The position numbers were made by a program, and so were the translations under genes. A stretch of 61,387 nt of DNA, the filler included, from Sphacelaria rigidula (Eukaryota), in assembly GCA_964200075.2 (NCBI GenBank). It is 8 parts of 8 records of this genome, joined end to end, with 100 filler letters (N's around TTAATTAATTAA, not from the genome) between each part and the next. Parts side by side here need not be neighbours in the genome. Positions count along the whole stretch, not along the records: positions 7,688 to 15,273 come from CAXNAA020014208.1; positions 15,374 to 22,959 come from CAXNAA020014209.1; 6 more parts are not named here. One strand, written 5' to 3'. Within the stretch, counting starts at the first letter, position 1; every line of letters begins with the position of its first letter. This document shows, one piece after another, positions 10,471 through 23,059 of the stretch. Under the pieces are notes generated by a model. The model was not told the DNA's origin. It searched no databases and was given only the letters and a program-made list of their open reading frames with translations.

Positions 10471-13400
10471 CTGATGTATGAAAGGAGATACATATGACTT
10501 TGGACACGGGAAGCAGTAATGTGCGTCAAGGCAAGCTAGGGGAAGTTTCGACTGACAAATAAAATCCTCAATTGGTTGTTTTAGCGAAACTGTTCCGGGG
10601 AAAATGTGATTTTTTGGAAAGTAGGTTCAGCCTCATGTGGAAACCCAACCCCATTTCCCGGGATCCTCTGTTGTTTATTTGCCGTTCAGAGCTGCACCCC
10701 CTATGGCGACAAATCAATATTTTCCGGTTTGGGCCCAGTAACAGCGCCCCTCGATAGCGCGGAAACTATTCCAGCGCCTTGCACTCATTCTGTAAGTCCA
10801 CAGCGCTGGGCGAAAGCGTTATTTTCTCCTTGACGTCATCACCCCAAAATCTGGCAAAGTGACGCTGTTGCTCCGCGCTGTGACCGTGTAGGGTCAGTGA
10901 ATGGCGCTGAGCCAGTTTCTGCGCGATCGAGGGGCATCAGACAGACGAAACTGTCATTGATTATCACTCGTTTTGGCTTCGGGAAAGGGCTGTTTCAGCG
11001 TTGAGGATCATTTCAAGATGGGAAAGCCTTTCTACTCTCTCGGTCGTTCCAAGGCCGACCGCTCTGAAGGCGAGTCTCAGAGCGCATACGTGGACGAAAA
11101 TCGAGACCCTCGGGAATAAAAGATCCAAACCCGATAAACCGTCATTGAGAATAACGAGCTTGAGGTATGGAAACCACTGTGTAGGGCTTGACTCATCTCA
11201 AGATTGAAACCCATCCCGCACTTTAGGCTGATTTTGGGACGAAGGTATACTCGTACTGCGGATCTACGAGAGGATCTCCGTCAAAGATTCCCCCGAACCG
11301 ACAGAGGCTGTACCACGACGAAGGTCTCCCTTGTCAGCAGATCAACCACATAGACCATCGGCGATAGGTACTGAGCCGCGCAGACAAGATACAATGATAC
11401 TGGAAGTGCTGTCTATCGTACGACGTAGGGCCGGCCGATGTTAGGCTAGACGGCTATAGTATGCCGGTGGGTTTTGCTCCGCACCATTCCCGATGGGATG
11501 GGTTTTGTGTCGATTTTGATTGTTTCGCCGAAACGGCATAACATAAGCTTGCGCCAATATGCATGCGCGCGATTTCAATTCACTCGACAAGTACTCGCAC
11601 GCGTGGCTGTTTGTATGGGTACACACTACCTTCAGGGGTACACACTGTCAGGGGCATGCCGTGCGTAGCAGGCGAGTTTCGCAAGTTCCGACATCAAGGA
11701 CCCAACACCAAGCCCTTCAACGTCCACTAGCCGCAAGTGTTGCAAGTGCCGTGGTTACCTCCACGGCATATGCGGTGTGTCCGATCTCGATAGTAACATC
11801 GAGCTCCACTGTGTGTGCGACGGGACGTGCGTGCAATCTGCAGGAGGCAAAATCAGTGCTCACACGTTCCACCATGAGAAGGCGAAAATGGCGTGGATGA
11901 GGGCCCACCGTCGAAGAACGGGCCACCAGAGTGACATACCCCCTCACTCGTTTCAGCGAGTAGAGGGAGTGACGGTCCGTCGGGAGAGGCTTACTAGGAT
12001 ACGTTGGTTTGTAGACTGGCGCCTCGGGGGAAGAGGACTTCACGACTGGCATGTTAGGGCCGATGCTCTGTACCCAAGGGCACTGTTGCCGTTTCGGTGC
12101 ACCGCGCTCGTTGTGAGAGGGAGGATTAGGTGGTATCTATGAAGGAGTACAGAGCCGCACAATGGCACACGATAACATCAATTCATCATGCTTGTCTCCT
12201 TTGAACTCAATGTGCTTGTGATGTTGTTCACCCCGCATGTGCATGCTCCCCCCAGTATGGGCAAAGCACGTGTGCCTCTTGTTCCCAACCGTGCCCTTGG
12301 GAGTTCATGTGATGTTTTGCCGATCGGCACTATTTCGGGGAGCCCGGCCTGATGCCGGACGACAACATTAATGTATTTTGTTTCCTGCTCGTCCTATACC
12401 GGGCTACCCACTGCACGAAGCGATACGCATGCAGCACCTGCTTTACCTTGGTGCCGAGATAAACTCCTCGAAATAACTTTGTCAGTAGCGCAGGAGATTG
12501 TTCTCCTGCAGACATGAAGGACAACACACACAGTTCAGCGAGGTTTTCTGTTGAGTTGTCTACTCTATTGCACGCGTCGAGGTCGCATTGGCCGGCAAAT
12601 CCCTTAGATCGAGCGGGGTAAGTCGAGTTTCCGGAGACCTCGGCGGTCAAACGTAGTGTGCGGCGCCCGGAGTTATCTCCAAATACTGTGGCACTGGCGC
12701 TCATGGTTTTCACGAGGATCCATGTCATGTCGAGCAAGCTGCTTGCCGCGGTAGCCGGCAGCGACACCTGGCGGTATATCCCCGTCGTCGTATCCCAATA
12801 GAGTACTGTCTGGCCTGAACAATGCGCCTGGGGCATGGCCGAAGCAAATGTTGAATGTTCCTACCACGTGTGTCGGTGTTGTGCACACGTCCTCTGCAGT
12901 GGTTCAACGGTGCACAGGCAGCGCACGTGGGGGTACGTTTCATGTATCTAGGGCGCACGCAAGTACACCGCAGCCGTCAGAGTAGCGCAGAAGAATATGC
13001 ACCGGGGTCATGGCCCTCGAGTGTGGTACAGCTGTATATTCAGCGAGAAGCATGTCTCTTGAACTCGCCAAGCGATTCCCGTAGTGGCGTCTTGATGACC
13101 GACTAGGAATACGGATCGCGTTCGACGTTTACTAATAGTGCGGCACTTGTTTTGCGTGCCTCGACAACTAAGCTGACACGGAGATCGATTGCTGTGCTTC
13201 TACGCTTTTCGCGCCCGAAGACAATTCTGTGTGGCGAGGTATCCTGTATGAGTTATGAGCCTGTGGCAGCCTCTGTTTGCACAGCAGTGGTCCAAGCCGC
13301 GACCAACATGTACATTCTGACAAGTAGGACTGGCGCTATCGATTCTGAATATAGCAGATGTTACCTATGTGGATTTGATTCGAGTTTGAATGTTCTAGTA

Positions 13401-15273
13401 CGTACCAAGCGACGCTTTCAAAGGGCACTGCTGCGAACGGCGCGCGATCTCCCACTCGGAACGCCACGCACCACGGCCAGAAAAGTACAACAAGCAAGCT
13501 GTGTCCGTAAGAATGTCTCTCTCAGCGATGAGGTTGCGTGTTGTTGCCCCCAACACGAAGAGTGGGATTCGAGGGCTTTTGCAGAGTCGTTCTCGAAAGA
13601 CGTCTGGACTCGGCCGCCGAAAGCGGTGTCGATGGTGCTGATGTCTCGGAAATGCATTGCTCGTGAACCACTCACGCACTTCGAATTTGAAATGGGGAGC
13701 ATTGACGATACGAACAACAGTGGGGATACTCAACCCTTCCCAACCTCCCTGGGCATAGGGCTCTCTACACGAAACGTGAGCCTGTTGAAAGTTCTGTAAT
13801 CACAGACATAATGCGATGCGTAGACTAGAAATACTCGTCGCACTCAAGTCTGGCGAATGTTGGCGTGTAGAGGCAGGCGCAAGAAGGGCCCCCAAGTGTC
13901 CTGTTGGCCCATGGCGTTCCTTGAAACGACGGCTTGCTTCTAGTGCACTGATGCTCCCGAGTAACCCGGCCTCACACATGATTTGGAGGACGTACGTTCC
14001 TTGAGGAGTGTTGCCGATTTGAAGACAATAGCGCCACCCGTCTATGGTGAGTACGATATCCTTGATCGTGGAGGTCAAGCTCCAAGACTACGAGTAACAT
14101 CGGGCGACTGACTGTACGACCTTTACCGATAGTCCACGTGGTGCAATGTATACGTCACGCACTAGAATACGTCTTGCGTTCGACGCACCAAGAAGGTCAT
14201 ACTTCCACGTGTCATGTGTATTACATTGACGCGATCCTAGTCGACACAGCCTAGTCGATGAACATAGCGGCTGTCGCTTTGGCCGTGGAGAAAACGTTGA
14301 AGTGATCGACGACACAGCGTCCCTTGGATGTGTGGTACCAACTCCTGGCGGGCCACCTACGAATTCACGAAGTCTCGATATCCCCGTGTTGAAGGGGTTT
14401 TCCACCCATCCCCGTTTTTGTGACACGCTGGAGCACCACTCTCGTTGAGCATTCCACGCATCGACAGCGACTTGACCAACAATCGACACCGAATCCCTAC
14501 CGCTATCCCATGGTCGAGATCATACGGCGTGCCCTGGTACTTCTTTTTCGTACCCGCATGGAGTAGGCGTAGCGCCGCAGCTGCGTACACCGCTACAATG
14601 ACCAATGGTGCATGAGCGTTTGCAGGTGCGGGTGGGAGGGTACGTGTACTATCTATGTCCTTGCGATGTGACCGTCCAGCCGTCTGGGTGAGGTACGTAT
14701 GGGGATCTCACCTCGTGAAGGCTACAGTGGTCGTTCCCGTCCGGGCCACAAGGATATTCTTCAACCGGGTTGTGTTCAGCCCGAACCTCTCTTTGTTGGT
14801 CATCACAAGCATGGCCGCCGGCAAAGCGATTCTCGGTTGACGTACTGCGTGCTGCTCGCCGCTATCGCTGAACTATCGCCCTACTGCACGCTCTTCCATT
14901 GCGTGACGTCGCGTGCTGCTGCATCGGGACTACACGGCAGATAGTCGATGGGCTGGCAGGGGCGAGAGACATGGGCAATACGGGCCGAGGCAGGGCCTGA
15001 GCATGCTACGACGGATATTGAGCGCATCGCTAGTGATGCTGGTCGACCATCCACTCGAGGTGAGAATCATGAGAAGTCGCTGAAAGAGCTGCGCTACACA
15101 GTTCAATATGTGAGTGGGCAAGGTGGTTGCGGTCGTTGTGCGAAGTGAAATGCGCATCTTGACACTGCCGACCACTAGGGCTGTGCCACCAGAGGAAAGC
15201 GCGCAGGGTTGTGTTGAACGAGCGCCATCCACATAATACAACAAGGTCGTGCTAGGTGAGCCACATTTGTTCA

Positions 15274-15373
15274 NNNNNNNNNNNNNNNNNNNNNNNNNNN
15301 NNNNNNNNNNNNNNNNNTTAATTAATTAANNNNNNNNNNNNNNNNNNNNNNNNNNNNNNNNNNNNNNNNNNNN
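15274..15373. other. artificial contig spacer
   Basis: N44-TTAATTAATTAA-N44. Confidence 0.98.
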
Positions 15374-17189
15374 TGAGCAATCAGGCCGGACAAATCGTGA
15401 ATTTGGTGATTTTGAGTCGTGATGATTTGTCCTAACCGCGGTCTTTTGTCATCTCGAGAAGACACGGCCTCAGGGTCTAACTCGAGAAATCAGCATCAGG
15501 TGGTATATTACTCTTCGAGAGAGGTGTCAGAAAATCCCCTTTTGAAGAGGGCATTTCAGGAAGTGTTTTTGCACTTGAGTGATATCGCAGCGACCGATAT
15601 GGGGTCGTTTTTCCAAGAGGGGTTTCGAAAAAGGGGGAAATCCCCTTCGATACTCGTGAGAAGGGCCATACGGTCAGCGTGAGTTGAAAATCTTGAATAA
15701 GAATATGTTTTAACAGTATGTGAATGTTTGAGGATGGGATGTAACATTTAATTTTTTTTTTTGTTAGGGTTGTTGATTGGGATGTGCATTGTCGGGGGTT
15801 GGATTATTCTTTTTTGGGAAAAGGGAACACAATAATGCTGTATCAATTTTTTTTTGGTTGTTTGGTTTGTTTTTAATATTTAGACAAGGGGAAGACAACA
15901 AATATCCACCCTGACAAAGTACGTACAATATGCCCAACGAAGATCACGTGTGAACGCTCCCGTGCAAGCGGAACAATTGGACCTACTCTTAAAACAGTAC
16001 ACTTCACAAACCCCTTCAGCTCCACGTCACCCTGCGACATTTTCCATTTTTCAAAGCTTGACGAGATAGTGCAATGTATTTCCATCACCGTTCACCTTCG
16101 ACGAGGGCGTGATTCGACCTTCGACCCAAGGTGTCAGTGCCCTCAAGTTCGGGCGTAATGGGCAATACGCGGAGCCCTGATGGTAGTTCTGAGACTTGGA
16201 TTCTGAAAAACGGAAATTTCAACTTTACATGCATACACAATGGATTCAGAAGACACTAGAACGCAAGAAGAGCGTCTCTGTTTCCTTCAGGCTAGAATTC
16301 TCTTTGGACCATATATGGTTGTATGGGCAACACACTCAGGTTGAAGCGGTAACGCGATTAGTTTTCCTCGTAGTGTAGGCGTCCGATCAGTGAGAGCGTA
16401 AGCCAAGAACGATAAAAAATTGCAGCTTACCGCGCGGCGCTTTTTTCGCAGGCCTTTTTCTTGTTTGTTAGCTTCGATTTCTCGGAGTGTGATGAATTTT
16501 GGAGTCGCACTTTGTTTTGTTTTCTTGTCTCATTCTGGGTTGCCTATTAGCTAGAGGCATGGGTTCTGCGTATCCCTTTGTCGAAGCGTTGTAATCGATG
16601 GTAACGAACTTGCTGTGTATATATAGGCAGCTGATCTCCGTCGCGGAGAACTGTCCAGAACATGTGAGGGGGTATGCAGCAGCAGCTGCTGCTGCATTCG
16701 AAAAGGCGTGCTGCACTCATGCCATTCGAAGAGAATTTGCCGCTTGCAACATAGAGGGAAATCGTGGCCCACCCCGACCCCAAAGGGCTGTGTGGCAAGG
16801 TGATGGAGAAAATATCCAAGGCCACAAGTGGCGGGCGGCGGCTGCCACATCCTGTTGAAAGCTCTCCACCGCGACTGAAACTGCTTGATACATCTGTACA
16901 TTACCTGATGCGCACAACACCCGAATTATAGTACAGACAGTTGGGGCCTGCACCTAAAAATAGATGGGATGAAACTCTCGGTCTTCATCTAACCCTACCG
17001 TTACATACATACGCTGGTTTTCAGAAGCAAGAAGCCACTGTTTCATACATATGTAGGACACGTCGTTCACAACCAGCCTCATTGGTCGTTCTGGAGGCCC
17101 AGTCCCAAAAGGGTTAATTGGCAACCGCAGCCCTCATTGTATTTGTGCAACACGCAACGTTCAAACAGTAACCCGATTATATTTTCTTA

Positions 17190-17378
17190 GAGCGTGTCTT
17201 AGCACTTTTTTTTTCGATCGAAAATGTACGGTGGAAAACAAAATTTCTGATCTGATAGGTCATGATTTCAACCATCTCCAAAATAAACGACGATGGTTGA
17301 AGTTACGGCCTATCAGATCAAGATTTTTGTTTTCCACCGCACTTTTTCGATCGAAAGAAAAGGTCCTAAGACACGCCC
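17190..17378. mobile_element. Tourist/PIF-Harbinger-like MITE, family B
   Basis: Terminal inverted repeat GAGCGTGTCTTAG...CTAAGACACGCCC, palindromic body, TTA on both flanks (17187-17189 and 17379-17381). Confidence 0.85.
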
Positions 17379-18021
17379 TTACACCATGGGCGTCTGAATC
17401 GTGTAAGCGTGACATATGTGTGCGTCATATCAATATGATTTCAATCAACAACGATCATACATAGACGCTGTGTTCGTTGTTGCCTGTTTGCAGCCTTCCG
17501 CACGGCGCTTTTTTCGTCGGCCTTTCTGTGTTTCTTGGATTCGATTTCCCGGGGTTCGGATTTCGGTGAATTTACCAGCCGATTTGCGGCTGTTCGGTGA
17601 ATTTTGCAGCCGAGTTTTATTTTCTCTGTCCTGGCCGTCTATTTTTGGAAAATGGCGGACTCTATTGCGGGATCGTGCTTCCAGGAGCAAATAACGATTG
17701 TCTTATTTTGTCTCCTTGCCCGGTGGAATATTTAGTGATGCGGCCATACATAACATGTTTTCAAGTACATTAGTCAACATATATTTCTTCAATTGCTCGA
17801 ATTATTTGCAAGGTTCAGTGAATTTCGTAACGGCACAACTTTTTTTGTCTCCTTCCTCCGGGCTGTCTATTAGTTGAGAATTGGCTGACTCTATTGCGGG
17901 TACGTACTTCCACGGGCCGGTAACGGGCCGGTGACGGTGATGATTGCTTCTCCTCGTCTCTTTGCCCCGTTTGAGAGAGTAGTCGCGCTGCCATAAACAC
18001 CTGTTGTATACAGTACTACTA

Positions 18022-18217
18022 GGCCCTGTCTCAGCCCATGAGTTTCCGATCGAAATTGTGCGGTGGGAAACAAGAATGCCGATCTGATAGGTCGTGATTT
18101 CAAAACCATCTTCAAAATTTTCGACGATGGTTGAAATTACGACCTATCAGATCAGACTTTTCGTTTTCCACCGAACATTTTCGATCGAAAACTCATGTGC
18201 TACAAAAAGATAGGCCC
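18022..18217. mobile_element. family B MITE
   Basis: Same palindromic body; flanks CTA/TTA. Confidence 0.75.
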
Positions 18218-19200
18218 TTACTCGCGCGATATTTCTTCATCAATTACGGGGCTTTCGGGGCTGTTTTTCATTAGGGAACTTCCTCTGATTCCATCAAAGA
18301 CACGTACCCCCTCACTTGGGTAAATATTGCTGTAGAACACGTATACTTTTCTCGTTTTCCGTTGTTCGAACGTATTTTGCAACGTCACAGTAGTGTTCCG
18401 TTCGAAAGGGCAAACGAAAATGCGCGAACAAACGGGTCAAACATTGCGCGTACGGGCGCGCGCAGGTCGAAATTTCCCCCAACATTTGCGTACCAATGTC
18501 CGATTGTTTAACGACAATGCATCAAGAAAGCCCAACCGAGGACGTCTTTTGACTTGATAGAGTCCCGAGATTCAGAGGAATGATTGGGCTTGCGTTTGTT
18601 GGGGGAAACGTTGCAACGCTGGGACAGAGAAACAGGAGCAACACTCTTCATGGTCTCTAAAGTGGTGAAAACCACAACGAAACATATATATTCATGTGTC
18701 AGTAACGCCGTTAGGAATACCAATTTTATTTTCAAGACGATGGGATGCAACTTAGTGATAATGGGATGCTAATATCGCTGCGGAGTAAATTTTGGGCGTT
18801 CAACCTGCAGCAGCCTGTAGATTGCTTTCGTGGTTTCTTTTCGGATTATCCGGAACAGGGCTTGTTTCCAGCTTCCCGAAGCATTTCGGTAACCACGTCC
18901 TTCTTCGCCCCTGATTATTACCGTATGCATCAACACTAATTCTTCGGACTTTTCGGGCTTTGCGTTCAGATTTTTCCAAAAACGAAGCGGCTCAATTTTT
19001 ATCCCTTTTCTCCGAAGCTTCATTTTTGGACAAGTCCGAAAAAAAATCGGACTGCAACACAGTCAGTACTTCGGGGAGCTGCCCTGTGTTTACGCCATGG
19101 CGCTCTCAAGCATTCTACAGTACCTTGCCAGTCGCGGAAATGTCGGACATCTTCGAAAAAGCAACATCGATAATAATGGGCCTGAATGAATAACAAGTTA

Positions 19201-19436
19201 GCCCGCGCCTTCGCATATAATTTCTCGATCGAAAAGGTGCGGCGGAACAGAAAAGTTATGATCTGATGGATCGTCACTCATGTCCACGTATTCTGTTTTT
19301 GATTGTTGCAATCAGCTGATGTGAGATAATCAATAATCAATCGATCAATCAATTCCATTTCGAAGTGCAAAAATATCATGTTGGCATTTTCCTTTTCTGC
19401 TGCACTTTTTCGCTCGAAAAATTATGTGCTATGGGC
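19201..19436. mobile_element. family B MITE interrupted by a LINE 3'-tail fragment
   Basis: Both arms are recognisable; the centre carries GATTGTTGCAATCAGCTGATGTGAGATAATCAATAATCAATCGATCAATCAAT, as at 58600-58661. Confidence 0.6.
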
Positions 19437-19448
19437 GTGTTCTAGCAC

Positions 19449-19848
19449 TAGTGTTGGATATCGAACCATTCAGCACTTGGATACGATATCGACTTTTTCA
19501 GTGTTCAACATGGATAATTTCGATAATTTTCGGCGAAACCTAACATCGGCGAGTCCGCTCGCTGTGCGAGCACCGAATGACCCCCCCCGCGCGCGCGCGG
19601 CTCGTGAGGCGGCCCCGCTGGAGGCGCTGCGGAGGTGAGAAAATTGGGATACTTCGCTTCATTTTATATTCCCATCGAAACTGGCCTTATTAAGGTCTCC
19701 TAGCCTAGGAGTCGAATTCGACAAGACCCGATACTCGTATTCACACCGACGTTTTATCCCTTTATCGAAATGTTTTCGATACGATAACGATAACGACATT
19801 TCGATACTGTACGATATATCGCAACTTTCGATACGATATCCAACACTA
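19449..19848. mobile_element. non-autonomous TIR element (TAGTGTTGGATATCG ends, CGATA subterminal repeats; possibly hAT)
   Basis: 15-bp terminal inverted repeat TAGTGTTGGATATCG/CGATATCCAACACTA; related half-copy near 22384-22520; no clean target-site duplication. Confidence 0.65.
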
Positions 19849-19914
19849 CTTATTTAGGAGATTATTGATAGTTGTCGATCTCATAGGTTGTAATTTTCAC
19901 CATCGTCATTTAGT

Positions 19915-20008
19915 TTGAAGATGGTTGAAATCACGGTGTAGTAGATCAGGATTATTGGTTTCCACCGCACTTTTTCGATCGAAAACTGATGCGCGAAGAC
20001 ACACGGCC
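19915..20008. mobile_element. family B MITE, mainly right arm
   Basis: GATGGTTGAAATCACG...TTCCACCGCACTTTTTCGATCGAAA...ACACGGCC followed by TAA. Confidence 0.65.
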
Positions 20009-20028
20009 TAATAAAATACACGTGCTGA

Positions 20029-20218
20029 GGCCGTGTCTCATCAAATTGTTTTCGTGTCGAAAACGTGCGGTCGAATCGAATTCGCTCGTTTCTGATTTGT
20101 CCACGCTGTTCATCTCCTCGGATGGTTGAGAACACGGATGCGGTGGACGTATCAGGTACGAGCAAATTCGATTCCACCGTACCTTTTCGAGTCGAGAACA
20201 ATTTGATAAGACACGGCC
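20029..20218. mobile_element. family B-related MITE, second subfamily
   Basis: GGCCGTGTCTCATCAAATTG...CAATTTGATAAGACACGGCC; flanks TGA/TAA. Confidence 0.75.
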
Positions 20219-21591
20219 TAAGCCCAGGGCGCTGGGCTGGAAAATCAGGCCAGGCTCGCTGACATACGTTTATTAATACAAGTGCCACTGCGGCCCCCCC
20301 TCTCCCCCTCCCCTTCTCCCTTACAGGATAAGGAGTACGTAGTTGAGGACTGGACCGAACATAGGGCTTGAAATAACAGTTTCGTACACCACTCCATTCC
20401 TGTGCGTAGTCATAGAGCAGAGACCTTGCGGGGAAACACCCTATCATGAGTGGAGCCCTCCTCGCAGTACCGGAGCTTCTCCCAAACCCGCGGTTCCTTC
20501 ACGCCATGGTTGAAGCTCTGTCGGTATTGTAACCGTACCGTAATTTTCAGATTTATTTTTTTGCCCGACTTCACACGACAGTCCCAGCGCTCGCTCCGCG
20601 TGCTCAGCTCGCGTTTGGGCAGATATCAGCGTAGTCACACATTTTTGCTTCACCAACCCACAACTTGACTGGGGCATGCTGTATGTGTTTCTCATGACCC
20701 TGTCATTAGGCTTGAGTTACGGGTAGCCCTTAGGTCTGATAAAAAATGATCAAACATGAATTTTGGCGAGCCTTGTCGGGGACAACCTTCCCTCCCTCAG
20801 CGACATACACACAGCCTTCCGTGCCGCATTCGAGGGCAAAGCAACCTTGACAAGAACCTTACCACGAATTCATTCTAGCCATTCCTTTCAAACTCGTAGC
20901 TCCAAGCCCTTTCGTCAATCGTTCAACAGAAAAATAATACATCGACATTATACAAGAGCATACACGTACACAGGAGAGAACCGTTAGCATATGCGCAAAA
21001 TAACGGATACACAGTCCCTGGACGTGCTTCACTCAACATTGAAAACAACGACGCCATCGCCAGGGCCGAGTGTCTCTCGACGCAACTCACCTTGACATCA
21101 AGGCCCACCATCACGATCAAATCGCCGGCTGGTAGTTTACCTCCGCGTGCTTTTTTGTGTGTGTGCGTATGCGTATGCGCGTGTATGTGTTCGGCAGGAG
21201 AGGGGTACTTGGCGTGTACACGGACTATCATAGAAGTGTAAGACAACCGGGAGAACTTCTGTCCGGACTGGTTCTGGAACCTCAACTGAAATTTGGATCC
21301 GATGTCTGAGACATGACACATACGACACGATACGAAAAAGTACGAGATGGATAGGGCCAGGGTCGGCGGTCGACAATTGACATCTGCCCGAAAATGGCCC
21401 GTAACGGCTCCGACCGATTGTATGACGTCGGTATAACCATTCTACCCTACCGAGGCAACCCACGTGTGTTGCTCCTCTGTCCCCTCCCTCGCCACATCGC
21501 AACCAAAGTCGGATCGGAGCTTGCAGACTGACAACTTCCTCCATTCACGGCAAATAAGCGTGAAGGAAGTTATCAAGTAGAGCGAAAAAAC

Positions 21592-21717
21592 ATGGAGACC
21601 CAGCCTGAGGTAGCAGCGGGCAGCAGTAGCACAACTACTTCAGCTACAACCACGTTGATATCTCAATCGGGCTACGACTTGACACGGATGACCACCGGAG
21701 CGGTGAAGCTTGCCAAG
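21592..21717 (+). CDS. probable first exon of methionine-R-sulfoxide reductase (MsrB-like)
   Basis: AAAACATGG start; SQSGYDLTRMT resembles the SxSGYDxTxM segment before the SelR domain in algal MsrB; donor AAG|GTAAGG; catalytic domain not in this contig. Confidence 0.5.
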
Positions 21718-22640
21718 GTAAGGGTGTTTCAAACACATGTATTCATCATTCGCGGCGTCTTGGTGTGGTACTGTGAGCCTGCCCGTACCTCAAAAACTGC
21801 CTCGAAAACTGGCAGAGTAGCATATTTGGGCATTTGGGTACAGTACGAGTACAGTCTGTGGACAAGACGATACCTACCGTACGGGACATCAGCGTTGCGC
21901 CTGGTTTAGTGTCACGTTTTTTACCACCCTTTTCGAAAACAAAACACCGTGAGGTTAGCAGATTCGACGAAAAATGAAACCAGTAATGTTGCTTTCCAAG
22001 TATTGGGTATTGGCCATGTGCGTGACTACCTCCTCCAAGATTTCTGGCTCAATGAAGACATCAAGAACTCCAGCGTATATTTTGGAGATATTAAGAATTG
22101 CTCCGCAACATCAGGTGCGGTGTGGGTAGAGATATCGACTCTGTTCCGCGTGTTCGAGCATATAGATGATGCGGCCGGAAAGTTCTCGAAAAGCAATGAA
22201 TGATGTAACAAAAACGACGGTTTCGACGCACACAGCTCTTGCTACCCGTGGTGAATCCAAGCTCTCCGGGCCTTTAGTACACTGTGGGTGTACGTTATTC
22301 CTGTGTTGCTCTTGAGGCGGGTATGACGTCATTCGTGACCTCATCTGGAGTTTACATGGCGCAAGGCCCATTACTATCGCCACCAGTGTTGAAAATCGGA
22401 TACCGATACTCGATACGATTTCGATAATATCGGGCGATACGGCGTGTCGGTATCGCCGCTTCCCAAGCCGATGTTTGTCGATATGTATCAATATCAATAT
22501 CAATATCGGATATTGATATATATATTTATTTCACCGGGGGGAGGGGGGCGGGGGGAGGGGGGGGGGGCGTACCCATTTTTTTCATCCCCTAACCAATTGA
22601 ACAATCACAAACCAACCCTTTCGAAAACGGACAAGGGGTC

Positions 22641-22709
22641 GGCGTTATTCATTTGTTGCTTGCCTTAGTCGTTTGACCATTGACCACGCATCCCTTTCGA
22701 GACGGAGCA
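22641..22709. repeat. family A repeat
   Basis: Matches the 6021, 7688 and 30581 copies. Confidence 0.85.
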
Positions 22710-22959
22710 GGGGGGCGGGGATGAGACAGCGCATCGTGCCACCGCCCATCACCCCACTGCCCACCACACAGCCACACAGCCACACAGCCACTTGCTGCGA
22801 ACCACACCGGTCTGCAACATGAGCCGCCTTCAGACTTTCGGCTTTATGAAAGGCGGTAGCATAGAGTCTGCGGTCGACGTTTCTACCGAACCGTTTGTAC
22901 GAGCTGGGCCGGCCTTAAAACGGATTTAAGCTCTAAAAGCGATATCTCATCGACACAGA

Positions 22960-23059
22960 NNNNNNNNNNNNNNNNNNNNNNNNNNNNNNNNNNNNNNNNN
23001 NNNTTAATTAATTAANNNNNNNNNNNNNNNNNNNNNNNNNNNNNNNNNNNNNNNNNNNN
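22960..23059. other. artificial contig spacer
   Basis: N44-TTAATTAATTAA-N44. Confidence 0.98.

Noticed and set aside
13152..13799. 215-aa plus-strand ORF
   Set aside because: No motif; probably a shadow of the decayed minus-strand coding region.
18760..19070. TGA-interrupted frame as selenocysteine or recoding
   Set aside because: No redox motif or SECIS evidence; pseudogene or non-coding sequence is simpler.
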